IMG/VR virus record: IMGVR_UViG_2713896903_000002
DNA length: 22,910 nt
Source: a virus
Lineage: Duplodnaviria; Heunggongvirae; Uroviricota; Caudoviricetes
Reading direction: 5' to 3' (one strand)
In this document: positions 7,591 to 15,857 of the stretch, piece after piece
Layout: each line of letters opens with the position of its first letter
How positions within the stretch are numbered: position 1 is the first letter of the stretch
The notes under the pieces: generated by a model
Database searches by the model: none
Seen by the model: the letters and a program-made list of their open reading frames with translations, nothing else
What the model was told of the DNA's origin: nothing
Made by a program: the position numbers and the translations under genes

Positions 7591-8685
7591 ATGAGCAGAC
7601 CGGACTGGGGGGCGTTGCAGCAGGAATATATTGCTGAATACACCCGCTCCGGTGTATCTCCGGTGGCGTGGTGTGAAGCAAAGGGACTGAATTACGCAAC
7701 AGCCCGTCGTTACATCAAGAAACCTCCGAAAAATGCGCAGACAGAAGTGCGCAAAACTGCGCAAAAAAGTGCGCGAAAAAAAACTGCGCAGACTGCGCAA
7801 AAGCAAAACGGAAAATCTCAGAAAAAAAAGACTGTATCCGATGCACTCCTGATTGAGGAGGACACGGAAGAAATTTCGTTCTGCCCCGATGAATTCGGTA
7901 TTTCTGACCAGCAGGCAAAATTCGCCATGTTGGTTGCTCAGGGGAAAAAGCCGACAGAGGCATACCGCCTGGCTGGTTACGAGGGGCAAGGTGCGACAGC
8001 AAACAGCAATGCCAGTCGTATGCTTAGAAATGCCAGGGTTTTTCGTGCCATCAGCTACTTTCGCAATCATTACCAGAAACGCTATACCGCAGACCTGGAT
8101 TTACTGGTGAGTCAGTTGATGGCCATCGTGCAGGCTGATCCCAATCAGCTTGCGCAATTTCGCCGTGTTAACTGTCGCTATTGCTGGGGGGAGAATCACC
8201 TCTATCAGTGGCGCGATATAGCAGAATTTGACAGGGCTGCCGCGCAGGCATCCAAAGATGGTAAACCAGAACCTGAATATGGTGGCCTCGGTTTCGTTGA
8301 TAGCGCCATACCAAATCCAGACTGTCCGAAATGCGGTGGAGAAGGTACAGGTCAGCTTTATATGGCTGATACCACTTTGCTTGATGGAAATGCGCGGCAA
8401 TTGTATGCAGGAGCAAAGCTCGGAAAATTCGGCGTTGAGATCCTGCTGGAGAATAAAGCTGCCGCCCGGCGTGAATTATTGCGTTTGCTTTCCGCTGGCG
8501 GGGCATTATGTGCAGATAAGCGACTACAGGAACTGGAAATTGAACGGCGCAGAATGGAAAACCAGAAACTGCGCAAAGAGATCGAAACGGTGGAGGGTAA
8601 TGAACATCCCCAGCCTGTGGCGATCAATATTAATGTGGTTGATGCCAGAGTGAGGAGTGATGAAGATGATCTCTCCGACGCTTAA
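7591..8685 (+). CDS. terminase small subunit (Terminase_2-type core with N-terminal HTH, K/A/Q-rich linker and C-terminal Cys4 zinc-ribbon-like segment)
   Basis: KFAMLVAQGKKPTEAYRLAGYEG...NASRMLRNARV matches the small-terminase signature as recalled; CxxC...CxxC (NCRYCWGEN / PDCPKCGGEG); sits directly upstream of TerL. Confidence 0.75.
   Translation: MSRPDWGALQQEYIAEYTRSGVSPVAWCEAKGLNYATARRYIKKPPKNAQTEVRKTAQKSARKKTAQTAQKQNGKSQKKKTVSDALLIEEDTEEISFCPDEFGISDQQAKFAMLVAQGKKPTEAYRLAGYEGQGATANSNASRMLRNARVFRAISYFRNHYQKRYTADLDLLVSQLMAIVQADPNQLAQFRRVNCRYCWGENHLYQWRDIAEFDRAAAQASKDGKPEPEYGGLGFVDSAIPNPDCPKCGGEGTGQLYMADTTLLDGNARQLYAGAKLGKFGVEILLENKAAARRELLRLLSAGGALCADKRLQELEIERRRMENQKLRKEIETVEGNEHPQPVAININVVDARVRSDEDDLSDA
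7734..7799. repeat. six copies of palindromic hexamer TGCGCA (one TGCGCG) spaced 9-15 nt apart inside terS; candidate pac / TerS-binding array
   Basis: Direct reading: TGCGCR at 7734, 7748, 7758, 7770, 7785, 7794, mostly followed by A-runs. Confidence 0.45.
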
Positions 8686-10975
8686 TGTGCCTCAGGCGCG
8701 ATTTCTTTCTATGCCTCATAAATTTAAAGCCTATGTTGCTGGTTTTGGTTGCCTGAGGGGAAGTACGCCTGTGGTTACAGAGAATGGGATTCTACCCATT
8801 CAGGAAATAACTCGACCAATGCGCGTTTTATCTTGGTCGGATGAGAATAATCGATTTGAGCTTTCGCTAAGTGGTGGTGCGTACCCAAAAGGTGTGGCGA
8901 ATCTATACCGAGTAGTGACGCAGCGAGGAGAATTTGTAGCAAGCGGACATCACCGCGTTTTTTGCGCTGACGGTAGCTATCGATCTGTGGATAGTCTGGA
9001 CGAATCGGTGAAGGTATTTGCATCTTCGCAAAACCTTCTTCTGACCAGTTTGGCCGCCGTCCCGAAATCGTTGCACGCAGGTGATCCACGTTTGAATCAA
9101 AAACTCGCAGATTACTTGGGGTGTTATGCAGATGAAGCCCGTCGATATGGTCAACAACTTCTGATGGCAGCAGATAACGCCCCAGCTTCTTTTCAGCGAT
9201 CAAACGATGTTCAAACATCATGCCTGTTCTGCGCATATATGGATGGTCAGCAGGCGCTGGAACAACGGCATATTCATCCAGATCAACAATTCGACCACCA
9301 CGAAAGCTGGGGTTCAACTCACCCTTTCTGGCGCCACGGGAGAGCCGGTTGGTGTTGTGAATTCGGAGAATATTTTGAACGTGCTTTTCTGTGCAACCAA
9401 CTTCCGCCGCGATCTCTGCCGACGTACAGTGACCATCAGCAAGAGCGAGGATTCTGTCCTTCGCACTTTCTCGAGGGGCAGGCTTCTGGCGTTGTTTCAG
9501 CGTTAACCCATAACGAGATATGCAACGATAAACATGACTACGGTCACAACCTGCCAGAGAAGCAACTTCTGAAACGGTACGTTCTGGATGTGCTAAATCA
9601 CAAATTAAATGGTCAAGAGGCGTCAAAACCAAACGCCTTAATCGAAACCTGCAACATATTGAGTGTAACACTGTTGCAGGAGGCCGAGCCATATTATGAC
9701 CTCCAGGTATTGGATAATAACTGCTACGTAACTGCTGATGGGACGATTCATCACAATAGCGGTAAAACATGGGTTGGGTGTGGTGGCATATGTAAGGGGA
9801 TTTGGGAGCATCCGGGTATCAATCAGGGATATTTCGCGCCTACATATCCACAAATTCGCGATATTTTTTATCCTACAGTTGAAGAAGTTGCTGCCGACTG
9901 GGGGCTAAATGTAAAAATTAACGAGGGAAATAAAGAAGTTCATTTTTATTACGGACGTCAGTATCGGGGAACCACTATCTGCAGATCGATGGAGAAGCCA
10001 CAAACGATCGTCGGTTTCAAAATTGGTAATGCGCTGGTGGATGAACTGGACATTTTGCCGAAGGAAAAAGCCAGAACAGCGTGGCGCAAGATAATTGCGC
10101 GTATGCGTTATAAGGTTGATGGACTTCGTAACGGTATTGACGTTACAACCACGCCGGAAGGATTCAAATTTGTCTACGAACAGTTTGTTAAAGCCGTACG
10201 TGAAAAAACAGAGCTGGCCTCACTGTATGGCCTGGTACAGGCATCTACTTTCGATAATGAAAAGAATTTGCCAGCAGATTACATTCCCTCGCTCCTTGAG
10301 TCATATCCTCCAGAGCTGATTAAAGCCTATCTTCGGGGACAGTTTACTAACCTGACAAGTGGTACTGTTTACCATCAGTTTGACCGAAAACTGAATAATT
10401 GCGAAGAAGAGGAACAGCCAGGTGAGCCGATATATATCGGGATGGATTTTAACGTCGGAAAAATGGCTGGAGTCGTTCATGTGTTACGTTTTGGGCTTCC
10501 ATGCGCAGTAACTGAAATCATTAACGCTTACGATACACCAGATATGATCCGTATTATTAAAGAGCGCTTCTGGTTATATGACGGGAATGATTATCGGAAA
10601 GTAAGGGAAATTTATATTTATCCTGATGCATCCGGGGATTCCAGAAAATCAAATAACGCAAGTGCGACGGATATTGCTCAGCTTAAACAGGCTGGTTTTA
10701 ACGTTGTTGTAAACAGTTCGAACCCGCCAGTAAAAGATCGCGTTAACTCAATGAATGCAATGTTCTGCAATGCCAATGGTGAGCGTCGCTATAAAGTTAA
10801 TGTGAAGCGTTGTCCGGTATATGCCGAATCTCTGGAGCAACAGGTCTGGGATGATAAGGGTGAGCCTGATAAAAAATCTGGTAACGATCACCCGAATGAT
10901 GCCGGAGGTTATTTTATTGTTAAGCAATTCCCTATTGTCAAACCGACCGGAAGAGTTACATCACTTCGGATTTAA
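8657..10975 (+). CDS. terminase large subunit, intein-containing precursor (probable start ATG 8666; spliced product about 433 aa)
   Basis: Walker A split as ...YVAGFG | intein | SGKTW...; Walker B-like ALVDELD; nuclease-domain motifs IYIGMDFN and DHPNDAGGY; continuous 772-codon frame. Confidence 0.85.
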   Translation: MMKMISPTLNVPQARFLSMPHKFKAYVAGFGCLRGSTPVVTENGILPIQEITRPMRVLSWSDENNRFELSLSGGAYPKGVANLYRVVTQRGEFVASGHHRVFCADGSYRSVDSLDESVKVFASSQNLLLTSLAAVPKSLHAGDPRLNQKLADYLGCYADEARRYGQQLLMAADNAPASFQRSNDVQTSCLFCAYMDGQQALEQRHIHPDQQFDHHESWGSTHPFWRHGRAGWCCEFGEYFERAFLCNQLPPRSLPTYSDHQQERGFCPSHFLEGQASGVVSALTHNEICNDKHDYGHNLPEKQLLKRYVLDVLNHKLNGQEASKPNALIETCNILSVTLLQEAEPYYDLQVLDNNCYVTADGTIHHNSGKTWVGCGGICKGIWEHPGINQGYFAPTYPQIRDIFYPTVEEVAADWGLNVKINEGNKEVHFYYGRQYRGTTICRSMEKPQTIVGFKIGNALVDELDILPKEKARTAWRKIIARMRYKVDGLRNGIDVTTTPEGFKFVYEQFVKAVREKTELASLYGLVQASTFDNEKNLPADYIPSLLESYPPELIKAYLRGQFTNLTSGTVYHQFDRKLNNCEEEEQPGEPIYIGMDFNVGKMAGVVHVLRFGLPCAVTEIINAYDTPDMIRIIKERFWLYDGNDYRKVREIYIYPDASGDSRKSNNASATDIAQLKQAGFNVVVNSSNPPVKDRVNSMNAMFCNANGERRYKVNVKRCPVYAESLEQQVWDDKGEPDKKSGNDHPNDAGGYFIVKQFPIVKPTGRVTSLRI
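8750..9757 (+). other. intein (336 codons) inserted in the TerL P-loop
   Basis: Block A CLRGSTPVVTENG starting with Cys at 8750; block B-like GEFVASGHHRVF; blocks F/G EPYYDLQVLDNNCYVTADGTIHHN ending in HN followed by Ser +1 (9758); extein halves rejoin to AGFGSGKT. Confidence 0.8.
8775..9692 (-). CDS. HNH endonuclease with N-terminal HTH-like modules, encoded antisense within the intein
   Basis: Minus-strand ORF shows HNH core FEHRLIAEKKLGRYLLPSEVVDHIDGLHLHNTPSNLRVFDSNVDHL (antisense of about 9075-9215); GGAGG + 7-nt spacer before ATG at 9690-9692; ORF is open from 9770 to 8775, so the true ends are uncertain. Confidence 0.55.
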   Translation of the reverse strand: MARPPATVLHSICCRFRLRRLVLTPLDHLICDLAHPERTVSEVASLAGCDRSHVYRCISRYGLTLKQRQKPAPRESAKDRILALADGHCTSAEIAAEVGCTEKHVQNILRIHNTNRLSRGARKGELNPSFRGGRIVDLDEYAVVPAPADHPYMRRTGMMFEHRLIAEKKLGRYLLPSEVVDHIDGLHLHNTPSNLRVFDSNVDHLRATISGRRPNWSEEGFAKMQIPSPIRPDYPQIDSYRQRKKRGDVRLLQILLAASLLGIDSPHLLGTHHHLAKAQIDYSHPTKIKRALVELFPEWVESHSL

Positions 10976-10977
10976 TT

Positions 10978-12384
10978 ATGGCTGATATATCAACACCCAA
11001 CCTCGACTATAACGATATGCTGGAGGCGTGGGATATTAACGACGCACTGATGGGTGGCACGCTTGAAATGCGCAGGCAGGGGAAAAATTATCTCCCTAAA
11101 TGGCCTAATGAAGATGAAGACACATATAAAAAACGCTTGTCTGTGGCTACGCTACTTCCTGTGTATGAAGAAAGTATTAAGCAAAATATTGGGCGCATAT
11201 TTGCAGAGCCGACAGTGCTGAGTGAAGAGACGCCGGAAAAAATCAGGGAATATGCAGAAAATATCGACATGGAGGGGAGTCGACTGGATGTGTGGGCGCA
11301 GCAATTTTTCTGTCTAGCGCTTCAGTATGGCGTGGCGCATGCGCTGGTGGATTATCCTCGAACAGATATGAAAGGGATTCGGACAAAAGCTGATGAAAAT
11401 GCGGTTGGTAGTCGCCCATACGTTACGATGCTGAATCCCCGTCAGGTTATTGGGTGGAAATCGAAAGTTGAAAAAGGAAAAGTTGTTCTCACAGATTTGC
11501 GTATAAAAGAAGTCATCATTATCGATGGTGATGATTTCGGGCAGAAGAAGGTGGAGCAGATCCGCCATATCATGCCCCGTCGCGTTGAAATTTATCGACG
11601 CAGCGAAGGTACTAATGGTGAATCTGTCTGGACGCTTCACGAGTCATGGGAAACCAGCCGTGATGATATTCCCTTGGTAACGCTTTACACGAAGAAAATC
11701 GGGTTTATGCGCGGTACACCGCCATTGCTTAATCTTGGCTTGTTGAATATCAAGCACTGGCAAAGCCAGAGCGAGCAGGACAATATTCTGCATGTTGCTC
11801 GGGTTCCATTGCTGGTGGCTTACGGACTGGACAGGAACGAAGAACTGACGGTAGGAGCATCGACCGCGACGATTTTTGATGACAGGGCAAAAAATGGCCT
11901 TGAATATGTTGAGCATAGCGGTGCCGCGATAGAGTCTGGCGAAACATCTCTGGAGAAACTGGAAAATCAGATGCGTCATGCCGGCGCTAAACTTCTTCGG
12001 GCTGAAAATACATCCACTAAATCTGTGGATCAGACCAATGAAGAACGGATGCAGGAAAACTCGCCACTCTATACGATGGCAAATGCTCTCGAAGATGCTC
12101 TCGATAATATCCTCCAGATAATGGCAGAATGGATAGGTGAAAGCAGTGGCGGTAATGTGGATGTACGCACTCAACTGGATGTATCTGCCCAGATGTTTGA
12201 CTCATCCTCCGCGCTGGCTGTTCAGTCATTGCGTCAGGGCGGTGATATACGTCAGATTGATGCGGTTCGGGTGTTGCAGGCGTTGAAATTTATCGATCAG
12301 GACTCCCGCCCAGAGGAAGTGATCGATGAATTAAAAAATCAGGGCGTAACGCTGATGGGAATCAATGATGCAAACAGTGAATGA
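10978..12384 (+). CDS. portal protein
   Basis: 468-aa ORF directly after TerL; size and position typical of portal; no search run. Confidence 0.7.
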   Translation: MADISTPNLDYNDMLEAWDINDALMGGTLEMRRQGKNYLPKWPNEDEDTYKKRLSVATLLPVYEESIKQNIGRIFAEPTVLSEETPEKIREYAENIDMEGSRLDVWAQQFFCLALQYGVAHALVDYPRTDMKGIRTKADENAVGSRPYVTMLNPRQVIGWKSKVEKGKVVLTDLRIKEVIIIDGDDFGQKKVEQIRHIMPRRVEIYRRSEGTNGESVWTLHESWETSRDDIPLVTLYTKKIGFMRGTPPLLNLGLLNIKHWQSQSEQDNILHVARVPLLVAYGLDRNEELTVGASTATIFDDRAKNGLEYVEHSGAAIESGETSLEKLENQMRHAGAKLLRAENTSTKSVDQTNEERMQENSPLYTMANALEDALDNILQIMAEWIGESSGGNVDVRTQLDVSAQMFDSSSALAVQSLRQGGDIRQIDAVRVLQALKFIDQDSRPEEVIDELKNQGVTLMGINDANSE

Positions 12385-13480
12385 ACGGCTGCGTGATGAA
12401 TCGATTGCCCATGCTATCTGGATATCTCGCTATAGCACAGGTGTAGCGGCCAGAATGGTGAAAACGCTGAACGACAGCGACGCAGAGCTTACAGCTCGTT
12501 TGCTGGTGGCTCTGGATAATCTTGGGCCGGGGAGTTTCACCGTTACGCGTCTGGAATCACTTCTGGTGAGTGTGAGGGAAGTTAACCGCACTGCTATTAA
12601 CAGTATGTTTGCTCGTCTCTCAGGAGAGTTAAACGAGCTGGCGATATATGAGGCTAGCTATCAGTTAAGTCTGTTTGACTCTTTGCTTCCTGATTTTGTG
12701 GCGGATATTCATCCTCTGATTGGTATCTCACCTGACACCCTTTATGCCGCTGCAATGGCGCGTCCATTTCAGGGAAGACTACTCAACGAATGGGCCTCAG
12801 ACCTTGAAGCAGATCGGCTCAGGCGTATTACAAATACGGTACGTCAGGGTTTTTTGCTGGGGGATACCAATGAGCAGATCGCAAGAAAAATTCGTGGGCA
12901 TGTCAGCAAGGGATTTCAGGATGGTGCATTGCAGATGAGTCGAGTTAATGCGGCCAGTATTGCAAAAACAGCAGTTGGGCATCTTGCTGCTACTGCCCGT
13001 GAGAGTTTCGCCATGGCAAACAATGATTTGATAAAGGGCAAACAATGGTTATCCACACTTGATAATCGTACTACACCACAGTGTCGAATCAGGGATCGCC
13101 TCAAATATACGCTGGATAATAAACCTATTGGTCACAAAGTACCTTATTTACAGGGGCCGGGAAAAATTCATTTCTGCTGCCGTTCAACAGAAACGTTTAT
13201 TCTGAAATCTGCGAAGGAACTGGGGATTGATGTTCGGGATGTTTCTCCTGCCGAGAGGGCAAGTATGGATGGGGTTGTAGCCGGAGATACGACTTACAAG
13301 GAATGGTTTTTGCGCCAGCCTTATGCCAGGCAAAAACAAATAGTGGGAGAAACACGGGCAAAACTGATTCGTGATGGAGGTATGTCACCAGATGAATTTT
13401 ACACCGATAAAGGTGAATGGTTGACGCTGGGACAACTCCGTGAGCGTGATGCTCAGGCATTCAGAAAAGCCGGGATTTAA
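12365..13480 (+). CDS. head morphogenesis / minor head protein (SPP1 gp7 / Mu F-like)
   Basis: 371 aa immediately after portal and overlapping its stop; the usual position of gp7/F-like genes. Confidence 0.6.
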   Translation: MMQTVNERLRDESIAHAIWISRYSTGVAARMVKTLNDSDAELTARLLVALDNLGPGSFTVTRLESLLVSVREVNRTAINSMFARLSGELNELAIYEASYQLSLFDSLLPDFVADIHPLIGISPDTLYAAAMARPFQGRLLNEWASDLEADRLRRITNTVRQGFLLGDTNEQIARKIRGHVSKGFQDGALQMSRVNAASIAKTAVGHLAATARESFAMANNDLIKGKQWLSTLDNRTTPQCRIRDRLKYTLDNKPIGHKVPYLQGPGKIHFCCRSTETFILKSAKELGIDVRDVSPAERASMDGVVAGDTTYKEWFLRQPYARQKQIVGETRAKLIRDGGMSPDEFYTDKGEWLTLGQLRERDAQAFRKAGI

Positions 13481-13499
13481 ATTAATTATTTATTACAAC

Positions 13500-13526
13500 A
13501 GGCTACCTTCGGGTGGCCTTTTTTAT
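13500..13526 (+). terminator. intrinsic terminator between head morphogenesis and scaffold genes
   Basis: 8-bp stem aggctacc/ggtggcct with UUCG tetraloop followed by T6. Confidence 0.5.
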
Positions 13527-13584
13527 TGCTGCAATCTGGATAGTGAGCAGTGTAACAGTCGGAAGACTTAAATCAGGTATTAAT

Positions 13585-14349
13585 ATGAAACTGAAAACAG
13601 TAGAGATTAACGGAAAAAAATACGCAGAAATCGACACTGCTGGTCTGCCAGTTTATGTGCATGATGATGGTAAAGAAATCGGCTTCGATGCACCGCTGGC
13701 AGCCAGAAAAATTACAGAACTTAATGGCGAGGCGAAAAATCATCGTCTGGCTAAAGAGGCCGCAGAGGAAAAACTTGCCAGGTTCGCTGCCATCGATGAC
13801 CCGAAAAAGGCGGTTGAGGCGCTGGAAATGCTGTCCAAAATTGACCAGAAAAAACTGATTGATGCGGGACAGGTTGACCAGGTTAAAGCAGAAATTACGA
13901 AAAATTTTCAGCAGCAATTAGACGAAGAAAAGCAACGCTCTCAGATGCTGGAGAAGCAGCTTTACGATTCCATGATTGGCGGTAGTTTTGTCGGTTCAAA
14001 ATATATTGCCGATAAAATTGCGATCCCGGCAGATTTATTACAGGCCCGCTTCGGACAGTCATTCAAAGTGGAAGAAGGGAAGATCGTTGCTTATGACGCT
14101 TCTGGCAACAAAATTTACTCCCGCACGAAGCCAGGCGAACTGGCGCAGTTTGATGAGGCGCTGGAGTTCCTCGTCGAAAATTACCCTCAGAAAGACTACA
14201 TCCTGAAAGCCAGCGGCAACAATGGTGGCGGCTCCCGTCAGACACAGCATGATATTGGTCAGAAAACGATGAAGCGATCAGCTTTTGATGCACTGGATGT
14301 TGCAGGTAAGCAAAACGCACTGAAAGACGGTATCACTATCGTTGACTAA
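13585..14349 (+). CDS. scaffolding protein (K/E/A-rich, coiled-coil-like)
   Basis: ATG 13585; highly charged helical composition; located between head morphogenesis and capsid genes. Confidence 0.55.
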   Translation: MKLKTVEINGKKYAEIDTAGLPVYVHDDGKEIGFDAPLAARKITELNGEAKNHRLAKEAAEEKLARFAAIDDPKKAVEALEMLSKIDQKKLIDAGQVDQVKAEITKNFQQQLDEEKQRSQMLEKQLYDSMIGGSFVGSKYIADKIAIPADLLQARFGQSFKVEEGKIVAYDASGNKIYSRTKPGELAQFDEALEFLVENYPQKDYILKASGNNGGGSRQTQHDIGQKTMKRSAFDALDVAGKQNALKDGITIVD

Positions 14350-14448
14350 CATATTTTGCCAGTCCCTGGATGGGGACTGGCGTCAGGGCTGGATAGCTCA
14401 CTACTCAATTCATTTACAATTACGCAAAATTTTAAGGAATATTTAATC

Positions 14449-15588
14449 ATGGCTGGAAATACCCTGACCGGGTTGATCCCGACTATTTACACCGCCCTGG
14501 ATGTTGTATCCCGTGAGCAGGTAGGTTTTATTCCTGCGGTAGCAAAAAACGCAAAAGCTGACGCTGCAGCAAAAGATCAGACGGTAACCGCGCCAGTTGC
14601 GCCTGATGCGAAAACTGAAGATATTGTACCGGGTCCGTCAGCTCCGAATACTGGAGATCAAAATATTGGCACTGTTGATGTAAAAATTACTAAATCTAAA
14701 ATGGCGCCAGTTAAATGGAATGGTGAAGAACAACTGGCGCTTGGTCCTTCCGGGACTTACAACACCATTCTGGCGGATCAGTTCAAGCAAGCTTTTCGAG
14801 CACTTGCAAACGAGGTTGAGGCTGATCTTGGTGCACTGTATTTCGGTGCTTCCCGCGCCGTGGGTACTGCAGGGACAACGCCGTTTGGTGTTAAAGATGA
14901 TCTTTCTGATGCTGCTCTGGCTCGTCAGGTTCTGGAGGATAACGGCGCACCGACAACCGATCTGCAGATGGTGCTTGGCTCCACTGCCATTGCTTATTTG
15001 CGCGGAAAACAGTCTGTACTGTTTAAAGTGAATGAATCCGGCACTGAGCAGCTACTGCGCGAGGGCGTGTTGGGACGTCTGGAAGGATTCAATATTCACA
15101 GTTCGGCAGGTGTAAAACGAGTACCAAAAGCCACTGCAACTGGTTATCTTGTGAATGGTGAGAAGAAAGAAGGTGATGTTCTTATTTCCATTGATACTGG
15201 TTCGGGGAATATTTCGGCAGGGCAGATTGTTACTTTCGATGGCGATCCTAATCAGTATGTTGTGGCTGCTGCAACCAGTAATCTGATTACCCTTGCTGCA
15301 CCAGGTCTACGTCAGGATCTGGCTGATGATACTGCAATCACGGTTGTCGGCTCATTTACTGCAAATATGGCGTTCGATCGCAACGCATTTCTGTTGGCAT
15401 CCCGTACCCCGGCAATGCCGGAGGGCGGCGATAGCGCTGATGATGTAATGAATGTTACGGACCCAATCTCGGGAATTACATTTCAGATTGCGCTGTATCG
15501 TCAGTATCGTCAGGTACGTTATGAAGTTGGGCTGGCATGGGGCGTTTCGTCAGTGAAACCTGCGCATAGCTGTCTGATTATTGGATAA
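14449..15588 (+). CDS. major capsid protein
   Basis: ATG 14449 after TAAGGAAT; 380 aa; follows scaffold and is followed by a strong terminator; A/P-rich linker near the N-terminus and a beta-rich insertion-like segment. Confidence 0.65.
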   Translation: MAGNTLTGLIPTIYTALDVVSREQVGFIPAVAKNAKADAAAKDQTVTAPVAPDAKTEDIVPGPSAPNTGDQNIGTVDVKITKSKMAPVKWNGEEQLALGPSGTYNTILADQFKQAFRALANEVEADLGALYFGASRAVGTAGTTPFGVKDDLSDAALARQVLEDNGAPTTDLQMVLGSTAIAYLRGKQSVLFKVNESGTEQLLREGVLGRLEGFNIHSSAGVKRVPKATATGYLVNGEKKEGDVLISIDTGSGNISAGQIVTFDGDPNQYVVAAATSNLITLAAPGLRQDLADDTAITVVGSFTANMAFDRNAFLLASRTPAMPEGGDSADDVMNVTDPISGITFQIALYRQYRQVRYEVGLAWGVSSVKPAHSCLIIG

Positions 15589-15592
15589 AATC

Positions 15593-15618
15593 AAAAAGGG
15601 GCTTCGGCCCCTTTTTTA
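15593..15618. terminator. strong intrinsic terminator after the capsid gene (A-run / GC hairpin / T-run, potentially bidirectional)
   Basis: aaaaa-ggggc-ttcg-gcccc-tttttt read directly. Confidence 0.6.
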
Positions 15619-15629
15619 ATGGAGGGTAT

Positions 15630-15854
15630 ATGGCTGGATTGACTAAAGCTCAAAGAGCACAGCGTGATGCCGCGCAAAAAAATGCAGTGTCGGAGCGGAA
15701 GGCGGCGCAAACCAGGGAACCACAAAAAACACCGATTAAGTTGGTAGTTATGATGACCGAGAATCAGATATTCCCCGGCGCCCCAACAATCGCTAATGTT
15801 CATCCTGATGAAGTTGACAACTGGAAGGCGCTGGGCTGGAAAACACAGGAGTAG
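15630..15854 (+). CDS. hypothetical small protein (74 aa; possible head decoration or accessory protein)
   Basis: GGAGGG RBS 6 nt before ATG 15630; K/A/Q-rich N-terminus; no identifiable motif. Confidence 0.45.
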   Translation: MAGLTKAQRAQRDAAQKNAVSERKAAQTREPQKTPIKLVVMMTENQIFPGAPTIANVHPDEVDNWKALGWKTQE

Positions 15855-15857
15855 CGC

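Noticed and set aside
7734-7799. CRISPR-like repeat array
   Set aside because: Repeats are only 6 nt, irregularly spaced and inside a coding region; not a CRISPR array.
7558-8070. Minus-strand ORFs (170 aa and 95 aa) antisense to terS
   Set aside because: Low-complexity translations mirroring the TGCGCA/A-run repeats; no RBS or motifs; they lie within a well-supported + strand gene.
8228-8653. Alternate-frame + strand ORF (141 aa) inside terS
   Set aside because: Out of frame with the motif-supported TerS reading frame; no independent support.
8750-9757. A LAGLIDADG or HNH homing endonuclease domain in the sense frame of the intein
   Set aside because: No LAGLIDADG or HNH motif in the sense-frame translation of the central region; the HNH motif is only on the opposite strand.
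11644-12174. 176-aa minus-strand ORF antisense to the portal gene
   Set aside because: Cys/His/Phe-rich junk-like composition, no RBS; unlike the intein-internal HNH ORF it has no recognisable domain.
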